IMG/VR virus record: IMGVR_UViG_3300009164_000039
Strand: one strand, 5' to 3'
Source of the DNA: a virus
Length of the DNA: 64,000 bases
This document shows positions 26,795-37,081 of this stretch, piece by piece; positions within the stretch are counted from its first letter, which is position 1, and every line of letters starts with the position of its first letter. The notes beneath the pieces are model-generated. The model was given only the letters and a program-made list of their open reading frames with translations, was not told the origin of the DNA and did no database searches. Made by a program: the position numbers and the translations under genes.

Positions 26795-27529
26795 ATGACT
26801 ACACTAACTTCAACCATGTCAACAGATACCGAGGAGGTATGGGATCCGTATGGCTTGAAAGCGGCCTGGGCCAAAACCGGACGCAAAGTCGGACCAGAGA
26901 CTGCTAAAACATATAAAGAAAAATTTAACAACGGCTTCTGGGAAAAATACTGTAGCGGACCCAACATGCTAGAGATTGGGCACGACGGAGGGCTAGGTTG
27001 TGAAACTGTGTTTCCTCATGCGATTGGCATTGATAAAAATTACCCCGGGTACAACGGTGTTCTTTTACCTTTTGCAGATACTAGTCAAGATACTGTTTAT
27101 GCTAGTCATATATTTGAGCACGTGGACGACTGGCGTACTGTGTTACAAGAGTGGTATCGTGTGCTTAAAATAGGCGGGTACCTTATTATCATTGTGCCAC
27201 ATGTTTGGTTATATGAAAAGAAGCCGGATCTGCCCAGTGAGTACAACCCAGATCACAAACGATTTTATACACCAGGTCATTTGTTATTAGAAGTTTTTGA
27301 AGCGTTGCCACACCTAGGCTACAGGGTGCGCCATTGTATAGACAACGATGCAGATTGGAACGACGGATGGACTCGTGTATCCACACAAGGATCCGACGGA
27401 CTAGACTACACTGGTCAACTGTTACACTCACACGGTTGCTACGAAATTGAACTGGTATTAGAAAAAACCGCTATACCAGACTGGACCAACATAGCATTTG
27501 GCAATAGAAAAACATTGGGTAGATCTTGA
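26795..27529 (+). CDS. class I SAM-dependent methyltransferase (Methyltransf_11-like)
   Basis: MLEIGHDGG motif I and LPFADTSQDTVYASHIFEHV...LQEWYRVLKIGGYLIIIVP. Start moved to ATG 26795. Confidence 0.85.
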   Translation: MTTLTSTMSTDTEEVWDPYGLKAAWAKTGRKVGPETAKTYKEKFNNGFWEKYCSGPNMLEIGHDGGLGCETVFPHAIGIDKNYPGYNGVLLPFADTSQDTVYASHIFEHVDDWRTVLQEWYRVLKIGGYLIIIVPHVWLYEKKPDLPSEYNPDHKRFYTPGHLLLEVFEALPHLGYRVRHCIDNDADWNDGWTRVSTQGSDGLDYTGQLLHSHGCYEIELVLEKTAIPDWTNIAFGNRKTLGRS

Positions 27530-27534
27530 GTCAC

Positions 27535-27559
27535 AAAAAAAGCACCTTGCGGTGCTTTT
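27535..27559. terminator. bidirectional intrinsic terminator between gp23 and the methyltransferase
   Basis: Minus strand AAAAGCACC-GCAA-GGTGCTTTTTTT (GNRA loop); same AGCACC/GGTGCT stem as at 12620. Confidence 0.9.
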
Positions 27560-27593
27560 CCTGCCTTCCCATCCCTGGGTTGACGTTCCAATA

Positions 27594-28766
27594 TTATTGG
27601 AATGTTAGGTTGCTTACAGCGATCTCTGACAAGTAGTCACCGGCGTTTCCTAGAGAAGACGCAGTGTTTGTCAATTCAACATATCCGTAACGAGTCATAA
27701 ATCCTACGACTGGTTCGAATGTGTTTGGATCAAGAACAACACCAGAGCTCATCAATGGCACGTAAGGGCAATAGAACGCGGCAGCATCTGCCTCGCTAGA
27801 ACCTTTGTAACCAACTAGAACTGGTGTGCTATCGCTTGCATAGCTGTCAACATACACACGCATTGCGCTGTTCAAAGTACCAACAAACTTGGTGTTTGTA
27901 GGAGCTTCGAATGTACCTTCTGTGGTACGAGCAAATGCTGATGTAGTTGCTGACTGAAGAACAGTCAATGCGGCTGGGCTTACAACTGCCCAGTTAGCCG
28001 CACCACGACGTGTACGCTGTGCGATTTGGTTAGCGGCACGGTTGATTAGAACTGCCAATGCGGCATGCTCGTCACCAACGAATGTAGCTGTACCAGATAC
28101 TGCGTTTTGGTCGTATGTGAAGTCTGTAGCGGCTAGGCTACGTAGTGATCCAAGAATTTCTTGGTCGATTTCAACGGTAATCTCTTGTGCAAGAGCGGCC
28201 ATGATTTCTGCTTCGACATCCAAACCATGCATGGCTTGTGCGTCTTGAGCAGCTTCAAATGTCCAACGTGCTGACAATTTGCGGGTTTTAGCTTCCACAA
28301 CTTGTTTCAAGATTTGAACGTTGATACGATTACCTGGAACACCTTCAAGGGTTGAAGTGCTTGATGGATAACCATTGGTACCACCCGAGTATGCAGTAGC
28401 AATACGGAATGGGCTCAATGCTTCATCACCAGCAGATGCGCCAGTTGCGCCGCTTGTGCCAGACACGTTGTCTGCATAACGAACACGTAATGTGTGGATC
28501 TGTGCAACAGGTCCGGTCATTGGTTGAACACCAACGATTTCGTTAGCAATAACTGTCGGCATTACACGACGAATCACTGGAAGAATAACGCGATTCAATG
28601 TTGCTACGTTGCTTGAGCTAGTAGCGCCACCTGTTGCATTTTCAGCCAAGTGCTTGCGAGTGTTCTCGAGGATTACACTCATTGTGGTTCTACGTGAACC
28701 GTTTAAGCCTTCTAACAGAGCGTCTTTGGTTTCGCCCCAACGGCTTTCTAGTAGTGCGGTTGTCAT
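27594..28766 (-). CDS. gp23: major capsid protein (T4 gp23-like)
   Basis: VGVQPMTGPVAQI, KTRKLSARWTFEAAQDAQA, ALAQEITVEIDQEI, FYCPYVPL and PVVGFMTRYG motifs. Confidence 0.97.
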   Translation of the reverse strand: MTTALLESRWGETKDALLEGLNGSRRTTMSVILENTRKHLAENATGGATSSSNVATLNRVILPVIRRVMPTVIANEIVGVQPMTGPVAQIHTLRVRYADNVSGTSGATGASAGDEALSPFRIATAYSGGTNGYPSSTSTLEGVPGNRINVQILKQVVEAKTRKLSARWTFEAAQDAQAMHGLDVEAEIMAALAQEITVEIDQEILGSLRSLAATDFTYDQNAVSGTATFVGDEHAALAVLINRAANQIAQRTRRGAANWAVVSPAALTVLQSATTSAFARTTEGTFEAPTNTKFVGTLNSAMRVYVDSYASDSTPVLVGYKGSSEADAAAFYCPYVPLMSSGVVLDPNTFEPVVGFMTRYGYVELTNTASSLGNAGDYLSEIAVSNLTFQ

Positions 28767-28788
28767 TTCTTTTTTCTCCTATTTAGGG

Positions 28789-29883
28789 TTACTTTAGCCC
28801 TGCTAAACGCTTGATCTCAATGACATTGTCACTGGGTTCCGCAGTTTGTGTTTTAGCAGTTTTATCTCCTGTTACTGTGCTACGGCTTTCGCTGATCACA
28901 GTTTTACCTGTTTTCATTGCGCCATTGTTCAGTACGGCAGGGAGATACTTTTCATATGCATTCTGTAATTTGTCAGTTTGCACATTTTCAAGAAGTTGAC
29001 TCATAATTGTAGCCTTCTCCTTGTTAAGAGTCTTCAATAGTGCATCCATAGTTTCCTTGCGGGCTACACTTTCTTTAACTATCTTAATCTCTTTGTTTTT
29101 TGTTTCAACAAGTGCTTTTGTTGTTTCAGCAATATGAACAGCTTCTTTTAGTTGCTTGTTCTTGTGTTGAACCATGTCTTGTAGTTTAGCAATTTCACGA
29201 TTCTCATTGAGATGTGTTACAGCAAACTCACTAGCAAATGCTTCGAACAGACGACGACCAAAATTGTTCTCACGAGCAATTTGAATGTCTTCTTTAAGTT
29301 GAGTTAACTCAGACTCAAGTTTGGTACCTACAGACTCTTTTACAAGTTTGGCACTACGCTCAATAAACTGCTTGCGCAATTGATCATGCTGTTGTCGTGC
29401 CTCAGCTACTAAGCGTACCTTTGCTTCGATTACAGATTTTTTGTCTGTTTCGAATTCACTGATCTCTTCAGCAAGACTCTTCATAACAAACTTCTCAAGT
29501 TGAGAAATATTGTTTTCGTATGTCTTGCGATCAGCACGTAGTTCTTTGATTTCTTCAGCTAGTTTAGTAACTAAGAAATTGTCGAACTTGCTTGCGCTTT
29601 CGCTCATGTGACGTTTGAATTTCACACGATCTTCAGCTAGCTTTTGCTTGTCTTCTGCAAACTCTTTAATTTCTGCAGAAAGAGACTCGGTTACCATCTT
29701 GTCTAGAGCTTCAACCATCATGCCTTTGTCGTGTTCGTAACGACCGGCAAACTCCTCACGGAGTTCTGCACGAATAGACTCGCGAGCTTCATGCAACTTG
29801 GCTTCCCAAGCTTCACTAATGGCTGTACGTGTGTCTTCGTTGATGATACCGCTGTCTAGCAACGGTTTGATAGCATCAAACAT
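28789..29883 (-). CDS. gp22: prohead core scaffold protein (T4 gp22-like)
   Basis: 364-aa coiled-coil, E/K-rich protein between the protease and the capsid gene. Confidence 0.85.
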   Translation of the reverse strand: MFDAIKPLLDSGIINEDTRTAISEAWEAKLHEARESIRAELREEFAGRYEHDKGMMVEALDKMVTESLSAEIKEFAEDKQKLAEDRVKFKRHMSESASKFDNFLVTKLAEEIKELRADRKTYENNISQLEKFVMKSLAEEISEFETDKKSVIEAKVRLVAEARQQHDQLRKQFIERSAKLVKESVGTKLESELTQLKEDIQIARENNFGRRLFEAFASEFAVTHLNENREIAKLQDMVQHKNKQLKEAVHIAETTKALVETKNKEIKIVKESVARKETMDALLKTLNKEKATIMSQLLENVQTDKLQNAYEKYLPAVLNNGAMKTGKTVISESRSTVTGDKTAKTQTAEPSDNVIEIKRLAGLK

Positions 29884-29893
29884 TACCTATCTC

Positions 29894-30535
29894 CTATAGT
29901 TTCAAGTCTTTGATCAAGCGAGTTACCTGCTCTTTCAAATACTTTTGTACTCGTTGATTTCCGCCAGCCTCGCCAGCGATTTCCAACACCCTATGACCGT
30001 TGCGCATATTCATCATGCCTTCGTAGATTGCATGAGGATATGCATGAGGAGCGGATGGTTGGGCGACCACATCCACCGTGATTATTTCAAAATCACTCAC
30101 ATGTCCCGAGCCTTCGCTTACATTACCTGATCCGCGACTGCTCACACCTAGTTTGACTCCGCTTTCCAACATGGTTTTAACCAGGTTACCCATTGGAGTC
30201 GGTAACACTTTTAATTTTCCGTAACCACAATGACCGTCCATCCACATGTCAGTGATCATGTGGCTAACTCTGTCAAGGTTAATTTTCAAGTCATCTGGGT
30301 GATCTACTTCACCCAATACGGAATAGCCACCTTTGATCTGCTCATTGATGGTGCTTACGGCTTTTGATATTTCGTGAATAGGGTAAACACGTTGGTTGGC
30401 GTTTTTCAAGCCACCTTCGATGAATACCCCTTTCATATAGAGATTCTTACCGCCTTTGCCGTCGTTGGTTTCTTCTGTTAGAAGCTCCATACGGGCCGCA
30501 TCAAATGTAAGATTCTCTCTTAGGTACGAAGCCAT
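29894..30535 (-). CDS. gp21: prohead protease (T4 gp21-like)
   Basis: NANQRVYP, GEVDHPD, GVSSRGSG and DVVAQPSAPHAY motifs. Confidence 0.95.
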   Translation of the reverse strand: MASYLRENLTFDAARMELLTEETNDGKGGKNLYMKGVFIEGGLKNANQRVYPIHEISKAVSTINEQIKGGYSVLGEVDHPDDLKINLDRVSHMITDMWMDGHCGYGKLKVLPTPMGNLVKTMLESGVKLGVSSRGSGNVSEGSGHVSDFEIITVDVVAQPSAPHAYPHAIYEGMMNMRNGHRVLEIAGEAGGNQRVQKYLKEQVTRLIKDLKL

Positions 30536-30551
30536 ATTATAAGTGCCCTAA

Positions 30552-31496
30552 TTACTTAATTTTCTTAAGAATGCTTTGCTTATCTACAGACACAGAACCA
30601 TCAGTTGTGCTACCTTCTGGCTTTTTAGCAGTTGCTTTTGTGTTGTAATAGTCTTGAGCACCTTTGTTGCCACCTGGCTGGTTTACATTGCGCTCAGCAC
30701 CTTTTAGTGTGCCTTGACCTTTTGTATACACATTGCTTGGTGCTTTGTATTGTTTGCCGTCTGGGTTTTGCTCACTGCCACCTTTAACGATGTTGGCAGT
30801 TGTACCGCCCATGTCGTTTTTCTTGGCAATAATGCTTTGCTTGTTGATTGGTGTAGTTCCACCTTTACCAACTTCGCCGCCTTCAGTTTTGTCAGCGCCA
30901 CCAGATACTTTTTCTACGTATTCACGAATGCGTTCAGCTTCAGACTTGGTACGACGAGACTCAGCAACTTCTTCTTCGTCGTCTTCTTCGTCTTCGTCTT
31001 TGTCTTCTTCAGCTTCCATGTACATGCCTTCGACTTCTTCTTCGCCGCCCATGTCATCTCCGCCCATTTCGTCGCCCATGCCCATGTCGTCATGGCCTTC
31101 TTCGCCTTGCTCGTCGCTCATTAGTGCGTCAAACTCAGCTTTCAATTCGTCCATTGCGGCTTCCAGGTCCATCACGCGATCTTCAATAGGAGCTTCTTCG
31201 CCGCCCATTTCGTCGCCCATGCCCATGTCATCTCCGCCCATTTCTTCTTCGCCGCCCATTTCATCAGACATTTCGTCATCAGCTTCAGCTTCATGCATGC
31301 CTTCTTCATCGGCCATGACTTCGTCAGCTAAACCATGTACCTGGTTACCGCCAACGCCTTCTTCATAGTTTTCCTCATCCATAATGTTCTCATAGATGTC
31401 GCGGCTCTTTTCAACCACGATGGTGTGGAATAAGGCTTTCGCCTTGTCTTGTTCATCATTGATGATGTATTCAATGAGTTGTTCGTATTTGTTCAT
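30552..31496 (-). CDS. prohead core protein (gp67/gp68 position), acidic Gly/Met repeats
   Basis: Lies between portal and protease; D/E-rich middle with GGDDMG repeats and a basic C-terminus. Confidence 0.65.
   Translation of the reverse strand: MNKYEQLIEYIINDEQDKAKALFHTIVVEKSRDIYENIMDEENYEEGVGGNQVHGLADEVMADEEGMHEAEADDEMSDEMGGEEEMGGDDMGMGDEMGGEEAPIEDRVMDLEAAMDELKAEFDALMSDEQGEEGHDDMGMGDEMGGDDMGGEEEVEGMYMEAEEDKDEDEEDDEEEVAESRRTKSEAERIREYVEKVSGGADKTEGGEVGKGGTTPINKQSIIAKKNDMGGTTANIVKGGSEQNPDGKQYKAPSNVYTKGQGTLKGAERNVNQPGGNKGAQDYYNTKATAKKPEGSTTDGSVSVDKQSILKKIK
31060..31229. repeat. 29-bp direct repeat within the core-protein gene
   Basis: CCGCCCATTTCGTCGCCCATGCCCATGTC at 31060-31088 and 31201-31229. 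Confidence 0.85.
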
Positions 31497-31528
31497 TGGA
31501 GAACTCCTTTGTAATATAGCTTGTAAGA

Positions 31529-31535
31529 TATTTAC
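31529..31535 (-). promoter_or_regulatory. late promoter GTAAATA for the core-protease-scaffold-capsid genes
   Basis: Intergenic; AAGGAG RBS downstream. Confidence 0.7.
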
Positions 31536-31592
31536 ATAACTGCGCAGAAAACTACCTAATATAGGTGTTTTTTGAAGAATTTTGTAAGATAA

Positions 31593-31826
31593 TTAGAGAC
31601 TGGCCGGTGCGCCTTCGCCGGCAGCTGGTGCAGAGTATTGTTTTTTAAGATCTTCCATCTTGCCGTCGTGCTCAAATTTACGTACATCATTCATCATACG
31701 TAAACGATTCAACTGGCCAAGTGTGAGTCTAGTTTTGCGCAGGTCAGAGATTTTAAGAGGCGAATTGTCTTGTTTTTCGTCTCTGTAGCCTGCAGGGTCT
31801 TGTGCCCAAAATTCTGTTATATACAT
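31593..31826 (-). CDS. small prohead-associated protein (gp67/gp68 position)
   Basis: 77 aa, MYITEF start, RKTRLTLGQLNRLR motif. GTAAATA at 31838-31832, 5 nt from the ATG. Confidence 0.65.
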   Translation of the reverse strand: MYITEFWAQDPAGYRDEKQDNSPLKISDLRKTRLTLGQLNRLRMMNDVRKFEHDGKMEDLKKQYSAPAAGEGAPASL

Positions 31827-31852
31827 ATTGTTATTTACCCAAAATGTACAAT

Positions 31853-33574
31853 TTAGGCACTGCCCACTGGGCTGGCAGTTCCTGGTGTGGCAGGCGGTGC
31901 TCCTCCAACAGGTGGTGCTCCTTCTGCCCCGGGTGGTGGCATGCCAGCTTCTCCGCCTTCGGGCGGCGGTGCTAGGCTTTCAATGTCTGCGCTGATACCA
32001 CCAGGTGTGATACCCACGCTACGCAATGCACTGCCACCTTCCTGTGACACTGCGCTTTCTGCTTCGCCGTGTTCTTCTGCCCACATACGATCGTTTTCTG
32101 CCATTTCAGCTTCTGTGAGGCCTAGATAGCGTGTGAGCAAGAAGCGTTTGCTAAAGTATGGCAGTGCTTCTAGCTGTGTAAATGTAGCGATACGTGCAGT
32201 GTCCACGTCTGCCTGACGATACTGTGCAAAGTTTTGCGGTTCAGTAAAGATCAAATCAAACAACTGTCCGTCAATGTTGACACCGCGCCACTTCATAAAC
32301 AGCTTGAATTCTTCGTCTAGCTTGTGTGCCATTGCCGCTTGCAGTCGCTTGCAGTACTGGTTGAAACGCCATTCTTGTATTAGTGCTGTGCCTACTTTAC
32401 CGTCAGTAAAGCTGGCTGTACCGTCATCTAGTCCTGTGGGTAAGTAGCTGGACGGTATGCGCAGGCCACGGAACAGCTTGTTGGTAAAGAATCGCAGGTC
32501 TGTGATTTCACCTAGGTTAGTACCGCCTGCTAGTGTTTCTACAGAAGATCCACGACCGTCTGCTGTGGTAGGAAAAAAGTAGTCTTCGTTGGTGCTGAGT
32601 GGGTTATATGTGGCATCCATCATGTTTGTGCCACCACCTGTTTGTGTGGGTATACGGCGCTGATGCACTTCGTTCTTGATACGTTCCACAAACGCCATGG
32701 CCATGTGACTTGGCATGTTGCCCACGTCAATCTTGAAAATTCTACGCTCTGGCGCACGTTGCACACGATAGATAATGATAGCGTCTTCCAGCAGTTCTTT
32801 TTGCTTGAACACTTTGAAAATGTTTTCTAGTACACTGATACCAAACGGCCAGTATACATCTAGTCCTTCAGTTAGGCTTAGGTGTAGTATGTGCTGTGCT
32901 TCAATTGCACTTTCATTTTTGGCATGAGCAAAACGACTGCCACCTGCAAATGGTGTGTTAGACTGCACATAACTGCCTTGTGCGCCACCCATTTGTGGGT
33001 GATTTGTATATGTGTCACTGGCTGCAACTGCGGTCACTGTCAAATTTTGAAAGTTGATGTTTAGATCTTTAAGCAGGTACTGTTCGGGCTCTTTGCCTTC
33101 TGCTTCGTTTACAATAACTTTGGTAACTTTGGTCATTTCTACCCAGAACAGTTTGAATGTTTCTGGATCACGCAGGAAAATTTGGTCGCCGTACTTTAGT
33201 GTGTTGCGCACAATTTTGAACATGCGCTTGTTGAATTCGTTTAGACTCACCCACTGCTGTAACTGCTCTTTGATGATTTTGATTTCGTTATCAGTAGGTT
33301 GTTCCTTGAAACTGATGTCAAATGGTGTGCCATTGTCTTCATTTGGCTGTGAACAAAATTCCGCAAGAATGTCCAGTGCGGCATTGACCTCACTGTCCAT
33401 ATCCATTTGTTCGTACTGATTGTAGCGTTCTACACGATTTGGGTGCCCAATGTATACTTCAGGCAATTGGCTTTGGTAATTTCTAAAATCGGGGTTGACT
33501 GGCTGTTCTCTTCCAGATATTGGACTGAAGTTGCTGGCCGGCGTTGGCGCCTTAAAGTATTTTTTCCATGACAT
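31853..33574 (-). CDS. gp20: portal protein (T4 gp20-like)
   Basis: LLEDAIIIYRVQRAPERRIFKIDVGNMP, EDYFFP, VETLAGG and GLRIPSSYL motifs. TTAAATA at 33604-33598. Confidence 0.97.
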   Translation of the reverse strand: MSWKKYFKAPTPASNFSPISGREQPVNPDFRNYQSQLPEVYIGHPNRVERYNQYEQMDMDSEVNAALDILAEFCSQPNEDNGTPFDISFKEQPTDNEIKIIKEQLQQWVSLNEFNKRMFKIVRNTLKYGDQIFLRDPETFKLFWVEMTKVTKVIVNEAEGKEPEQYLLKDLNINFQNLTVTAVAASDTYTNHPQMGGAQGSYVQSNTPFAGGSRFAHAKNESAIEAQHILHLSLTEGLDVYWPFGISVLENIFKVFKQKELLEDAIIIYRVQRAPERRIFKIDVGNMPSHMAMAFVERIKNEVHQRRIPTQTGGGTNMMDATYNPLSTNEDYFFPTTADGRGSSVETLAGGTNLGEITDLRFFTNKLFRGLRIPSSYLPTGLDDGTASFTDGKVGTALIQEWRFNQYCKRLQAAMAHKLDEEFKLFMKWRGVNIDGQLFDLIFTEPQNFAQYRQADVDTARIATFTQLEALPYFSKRFLLTRYLGLTEAEMAENDRMWAEEHGEAESAVSQEGGSALRSVGITPGGISADIESLAPPPEGGEAGMPPPGAEGAPPVGGAPPATPGTASPVGSA

Positions 33575-33611
33575 TATTGGGATTCCCTAGTGTGTTATAT
33601 TTAACCCTAGA

Positions 33612-36600
33612 TTACAAACTCGATTGATAATGACGTTCAGCAATGTCTTTATGTCTGCCCAGTGTGTCAATCATTTCACGTTGTTGTTCTATTTGCTTTT
33701 GGCTGATCATCACCAGCTGGCTCATGTTGTCTGTTAGTGTTTTCATTTCTGGGCTTGCTTCTGCTCGAGGCTTATCCTGCTTGGCAAGTTTGGTATCGTC
33801 TGATTTGGCTTCTTCTTTTTTAGGAGCAACTGGTTTCATTGCATCTGTCATTGCTGCCACTTGCCCTGCAAGGCCGCCTACCACTGCACCCATTGGGCCG
33901 CCTACCATAAAGCCAGCGCCTGCGCCGGTCAGTAGATCTTTGTTTTTACTAGCAAAGTCTCCAATGATGCCTTTGTCAGAGAACGCATTCTTGATGCTGT
34001 CCATTGCACCACTCACAGGATCTTTGCCTGCATTGTCTTTGTTGAGTCCCTGTGCCTTGCCCATCAGCTGTGCAAGTTCAGGATTGTCTTTCATGTACTT
34101 GTCAAACTGTTCCTTGCTTGCAGGCTTGCCGTTGATGGTAAATGTTTCTGACTGCTTGCCTGTAACAGGTTGAGTGTTACCAATGTTAAAGAAGCTTTTG
34201 GCTGAGTCTACTAGTCCGCCTAACACACCTTTTTCTTTGTTGTCTTTGGCTGTGACATTTTCAACCAGTGTGCCAATACCCCCGCCAAGTATGGTACCAA
34301 GTCCTGGAAGTAACATTGTGCCAATGGCCGCGCCCACTGCTGTGCCACTGTTTAGTCCCATCTTTTCTAAAAAGTTTGGCTCGTCTTTTTTATCACTGCC
34401 TTTAGTTTTTGCAGTACTAGCTTTTTCTGCTGTCTTGCGCTTCCAGTCTGCAAACTGTTCGTCTGTCATGCTCTTGCGAGCCAACCGTTCTACCTGCAAC
34501 GATTCCATGCGGGCCATGTCTTGCTTGCTCAGGCTGTCTAGTTGTACGTTTACTAGTTTGCTATTGTTGTCTAACTGCTGACCAAACAATGATCTAGTTT
34601 GAGCAAACTGTTCATCAAAGTTTGATTGATTCAAGCTTCTTGTTTTGTCGAGGTCTGCCAGCATTGTGCTGGTTGTTAGCTTGGATCCAACTTGGAAGTC
34701 ATCAAACAACTTGCTGCCAAAATCAGTGGCTTCAAAGTTAACTGGCTGTCTCATGGCTGCAAACATTTTGTCAAAGCTGCCAGTATTTGTATTGCCCTTA
34801 CCTTCGCCGGGTGTTGGTTTGACCATGTCAAACGTTTTACTCAAACTAGATGTCATTGTTGAACCCATGCTACCAAAGCCTGAGTTCAATGTTTCTGTAA
34901 TTGTATTTTTTTGTGCTTCTGCCAATGCCATTGGGTCAATGCTAGGTATACTAACGTCCAATGGTACCTTGCCGCCCACAGTAGGAATAACTGCTTCCTC
35001 TCCGTGCAATGCCACTGCATAGCCACTTTCAGGACCTGATGCTATACCACCACGTGCATATCCGTTTTTCTTAAAATATGCAGTTTCTGCATCAACCCGC
35101 TCTTTTCTTACATCGTCAACTGTTTTACCAGTCATAGCTTGTAGCAGACCACTCATCAACCCACCAGTTAATGTATCAGTTACTGCTCCAGCTTTTTCAA
35201 TACCCCGGGCGGCACCAGACTCTGCTTTCTGGTACCATTTCATCTTCTTCCAGTTTTCGTCGTCTTGCTGGTCAATTTGAGATTTACCAGCTTGTTTGCT
35301 ACCTGCTCCTAATCCAAGTTCATTGATTGCAGTTCTTACACTTTCAAGCATTGCTTTGCTTACTTCAGCAAACTTTGCAATGGCTGGCGTTAGCAGATCT
35401 TGCAGTGCAAGTTTCAAATCTTGTGCGGCTTTTTCGGCACCGATCACACTGTTTGTCAGTGCGTCTGACGTAGTTTTTGCGGCTTCTGTATTTTTCTTTG
35501 CGGCTTCTACACCTTCTGCTGTGTAGGTGTTTGCTTGTGTCAATGCGTCAGCCATTGCTTGCGCGGCACCTTTAACAGACTCTGCGCCTGAGTAGGCAGC
35601 AACACCCAGTGCTTGTTGACCTAGAATACTTTGTTTGATTTGTTCACCGTACTGTTGATTAAGATCTGCATTTGATGTTGCTGTGAGGTTACCTTGTTCA
35701 GCTAGTTTGAATGCTGCCTCGCCTTTAGCTCTTGCTCCATCAATGGTTGCTTCATAGATTGCACCTTCTTTATTGATAACTTCACCAAACACCATGCGGT
35801 CGCGGAAATTTTTCTTTTCCTGATCTGTCATAGTTGCCATGGCCGCGTCAAGTTGAGCACGTTGCTCTTGACTCATGCCAGCTACTTTTTGTTGGAATGC
35901 AAGCACAGCATTTTCCTGCTGTATTGCAGCCATTTTCTTTTTAGCATCCTCACCAGTAATAGAACTAATGAGTCTTAGATTTTCTGCATACTTGGCTGTT
36001 TGTTCTGCTACTTTTTTGTCGTCTAGTTTACCACCGCCTGCTTTACGCATGTTGGCCATGGTTTCTGCTGTGAGTGCTGCCTGTTCTTCAAAACTATACC
36101 CTAGTTTCAATAACTGATCTTGCACACCACTGTTTTTAAGCTGTTGCCCAACTCTACCAATCTGTTTAGCACCTTCTACAACACCAAGCCCTGACGAACC
36201 AATTAGTTCACTATTTGCACTAACTACTTTTGAAAACTGTTCAATCGTGAGTCCTGCTCCTGATGCCGCATTTCGCATACCAGTCATACCGTCGGCAAAT
36301 ATTGCGCCGCTGGCACTCATAGCATTGAATGCGCCAACTGTTTTTTCTACTTCTTTGCTCAGTACTTCAACGCCAAATTTGGCCAGCTTGCCCATGGCGT
36401 CAGATGCGGCACCAGTTACAGTGCCCAATACCTGAAGTCCTATTCCAACAAACTTGGCTGGCCCAGGTAACGCCGATAACGCACCACCTACACCAGACAT
36501 GACGCCACCAAGTGCTTTACCTGCACCGGCAGCAACATCTATACTGGCATTCATCAACCCAGATGCTAGCTCTGTTCCAGATGCATTGGATTGTAATCCT

Positions 36601-37052
36601 TTGATTAGTCCGCCAACGGCTTTGGTGGCACCGCTGGCCAGAGTCTTACTCATTTCTACTGCACCAGTTGTCACTGATGCACGTGCTTGATTTCTAGCTT
36701 CTTGTGCTTGTAATTCGTCTCGTTTGGTTTCTAATGCCGCTTTATCAAATTCACTGGTTGCATGTTTTGCGGCTTCTGACAGTCGATCAATATCAGCCTG
36801 CATGCTCTTGAAGGTGCTTTTGCCTGTGGCCAGTTCTTTGAAGAATGAACCAAATTCTGGCTTGGTTTTTTGTTTTAGATCTGTGCTGAGTTTGCGCAAC
36901 TCAATGTCTAGCTCAGCCGCAGTTAATCCAGCATCACCAATTTCTTTGATTTTCTTGGTAGTTGCGTCTGTCTCACCACGAAGTTTTCCAAAAGCCTCAA
37001 ATAGAGCTTTCATCATCATTTCTTGTTCGGGTGTCATTCCTTCTGCGGCCAT
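33612..37052 (-). CDS. tail tape measure protein
   Basis: 1146-aa helical A/K/E/G-rich protein with hydrophobic Gly-rich segments and a GYARGGIASGP..GY...LHGEEAVIP motif; adjacent to gp26-like gene. Confidence 0.75.
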   Translation of the reverse strand: MAAEGMTPEQEMMMKALFEAFGKLRGETDATTKKIKEIGDAGLTAAELDIELRKLSTDLKQKTKPEFGSFFKELATGKSTFKSMQADIDRLSEAAKHATSEFDKAALETKRDELQAQEARNQARASVTTGAVEMSKTLASGATKAVGGLIKGLQSNASGTELASGLMNASIDVAAGAGKALGGVMSGVGGALSALPGPAKFVGIGLQVLGTVTGAASDAMGKLAKFGVEVLSKEVEKTVGAFNAMSASGAIFADGMTGMRNAASGAGLTIEQFSKVVSANSELIGSSGLGVVEGAKQIGRVGQQLKNSGVQDQLLKLGYSFEEQAALTAETMANMRKAGGGKLDDKKVAEQTAKYAENLRLISSITGEDAKKKMAAIQQENAVLAFQQKVAGMSQEQRAQLDAAMATMTDQEKKNFRDRMVFGEVINKEGAIYEATIDGARAKGEAAFKLAEQGNLTATSNADLNQQYGEQIKQSILGQQALGVAAYSGAESVKGAAQAMADALTQANTYTAEGVEAAKKNTEAAKTTSDALTNSVIGAEKAAQDLKLALQDLLTPAIAKFAEVSKAMLESVRTAINELGLGAGSKQAGKSQIDQQDDENWKKMKWYQKAESGAARGIEKAGAVTDTLTGGLMSGLLQAMTGKTVDDVRKERVDAETAYFKKNGYARGGIASGPESGYAVALHGEEAVIPTVGGKVPLDVSIPSIDPMALAEAQKNTITETLNSGFGSMGSTMTSSLSKTFDMVKPTPGEGKGNTNTGSFDKMFAAMRQPVNFEATDFGSKLFDDFQVGSKLTTSTMLADLDKTRSLNQSNFDEQFAQTRSLFGQQLDNNSKLVNVQLDSLSKQDMARMESLQVERLARKSMTDEQFADWKRKTAEKASTAKTKGSDKKDEPNFLEKMGLNSGTAVGAAIGTMLLPGLGTILGGGIGTLVENVTAKDNKEKGVLGGLVDSAKSFFNIGNTQPVTGKQSETFTINGKPASKEQFDKYMKDNPELAQLMGKAQGLNKDNAGKDPVSGAMDSIKNAFSDKGIIGDFASKNKDLLTGAGAGFMVGGPMGAVVGGLAGQVAAMTDAMKPVAPKKEEAKSDDTKLAKQDKPRAEASPEMKTLTDNMSQLVMISQKQIEQQREMIDTLGRHKDIAERHYQSSL

Positions 37053-37081
37053 ATTTTTTCTCTTGGGTTATTTCTTTACGG

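Noticed and set aside
27594-33574. Introns or inteins in the head genes, gp46, gp47 or gp55
   Set aside because: All read as uninterrupted ORFs with no Hint or LAGLIDADG motifs and no group I core elements.
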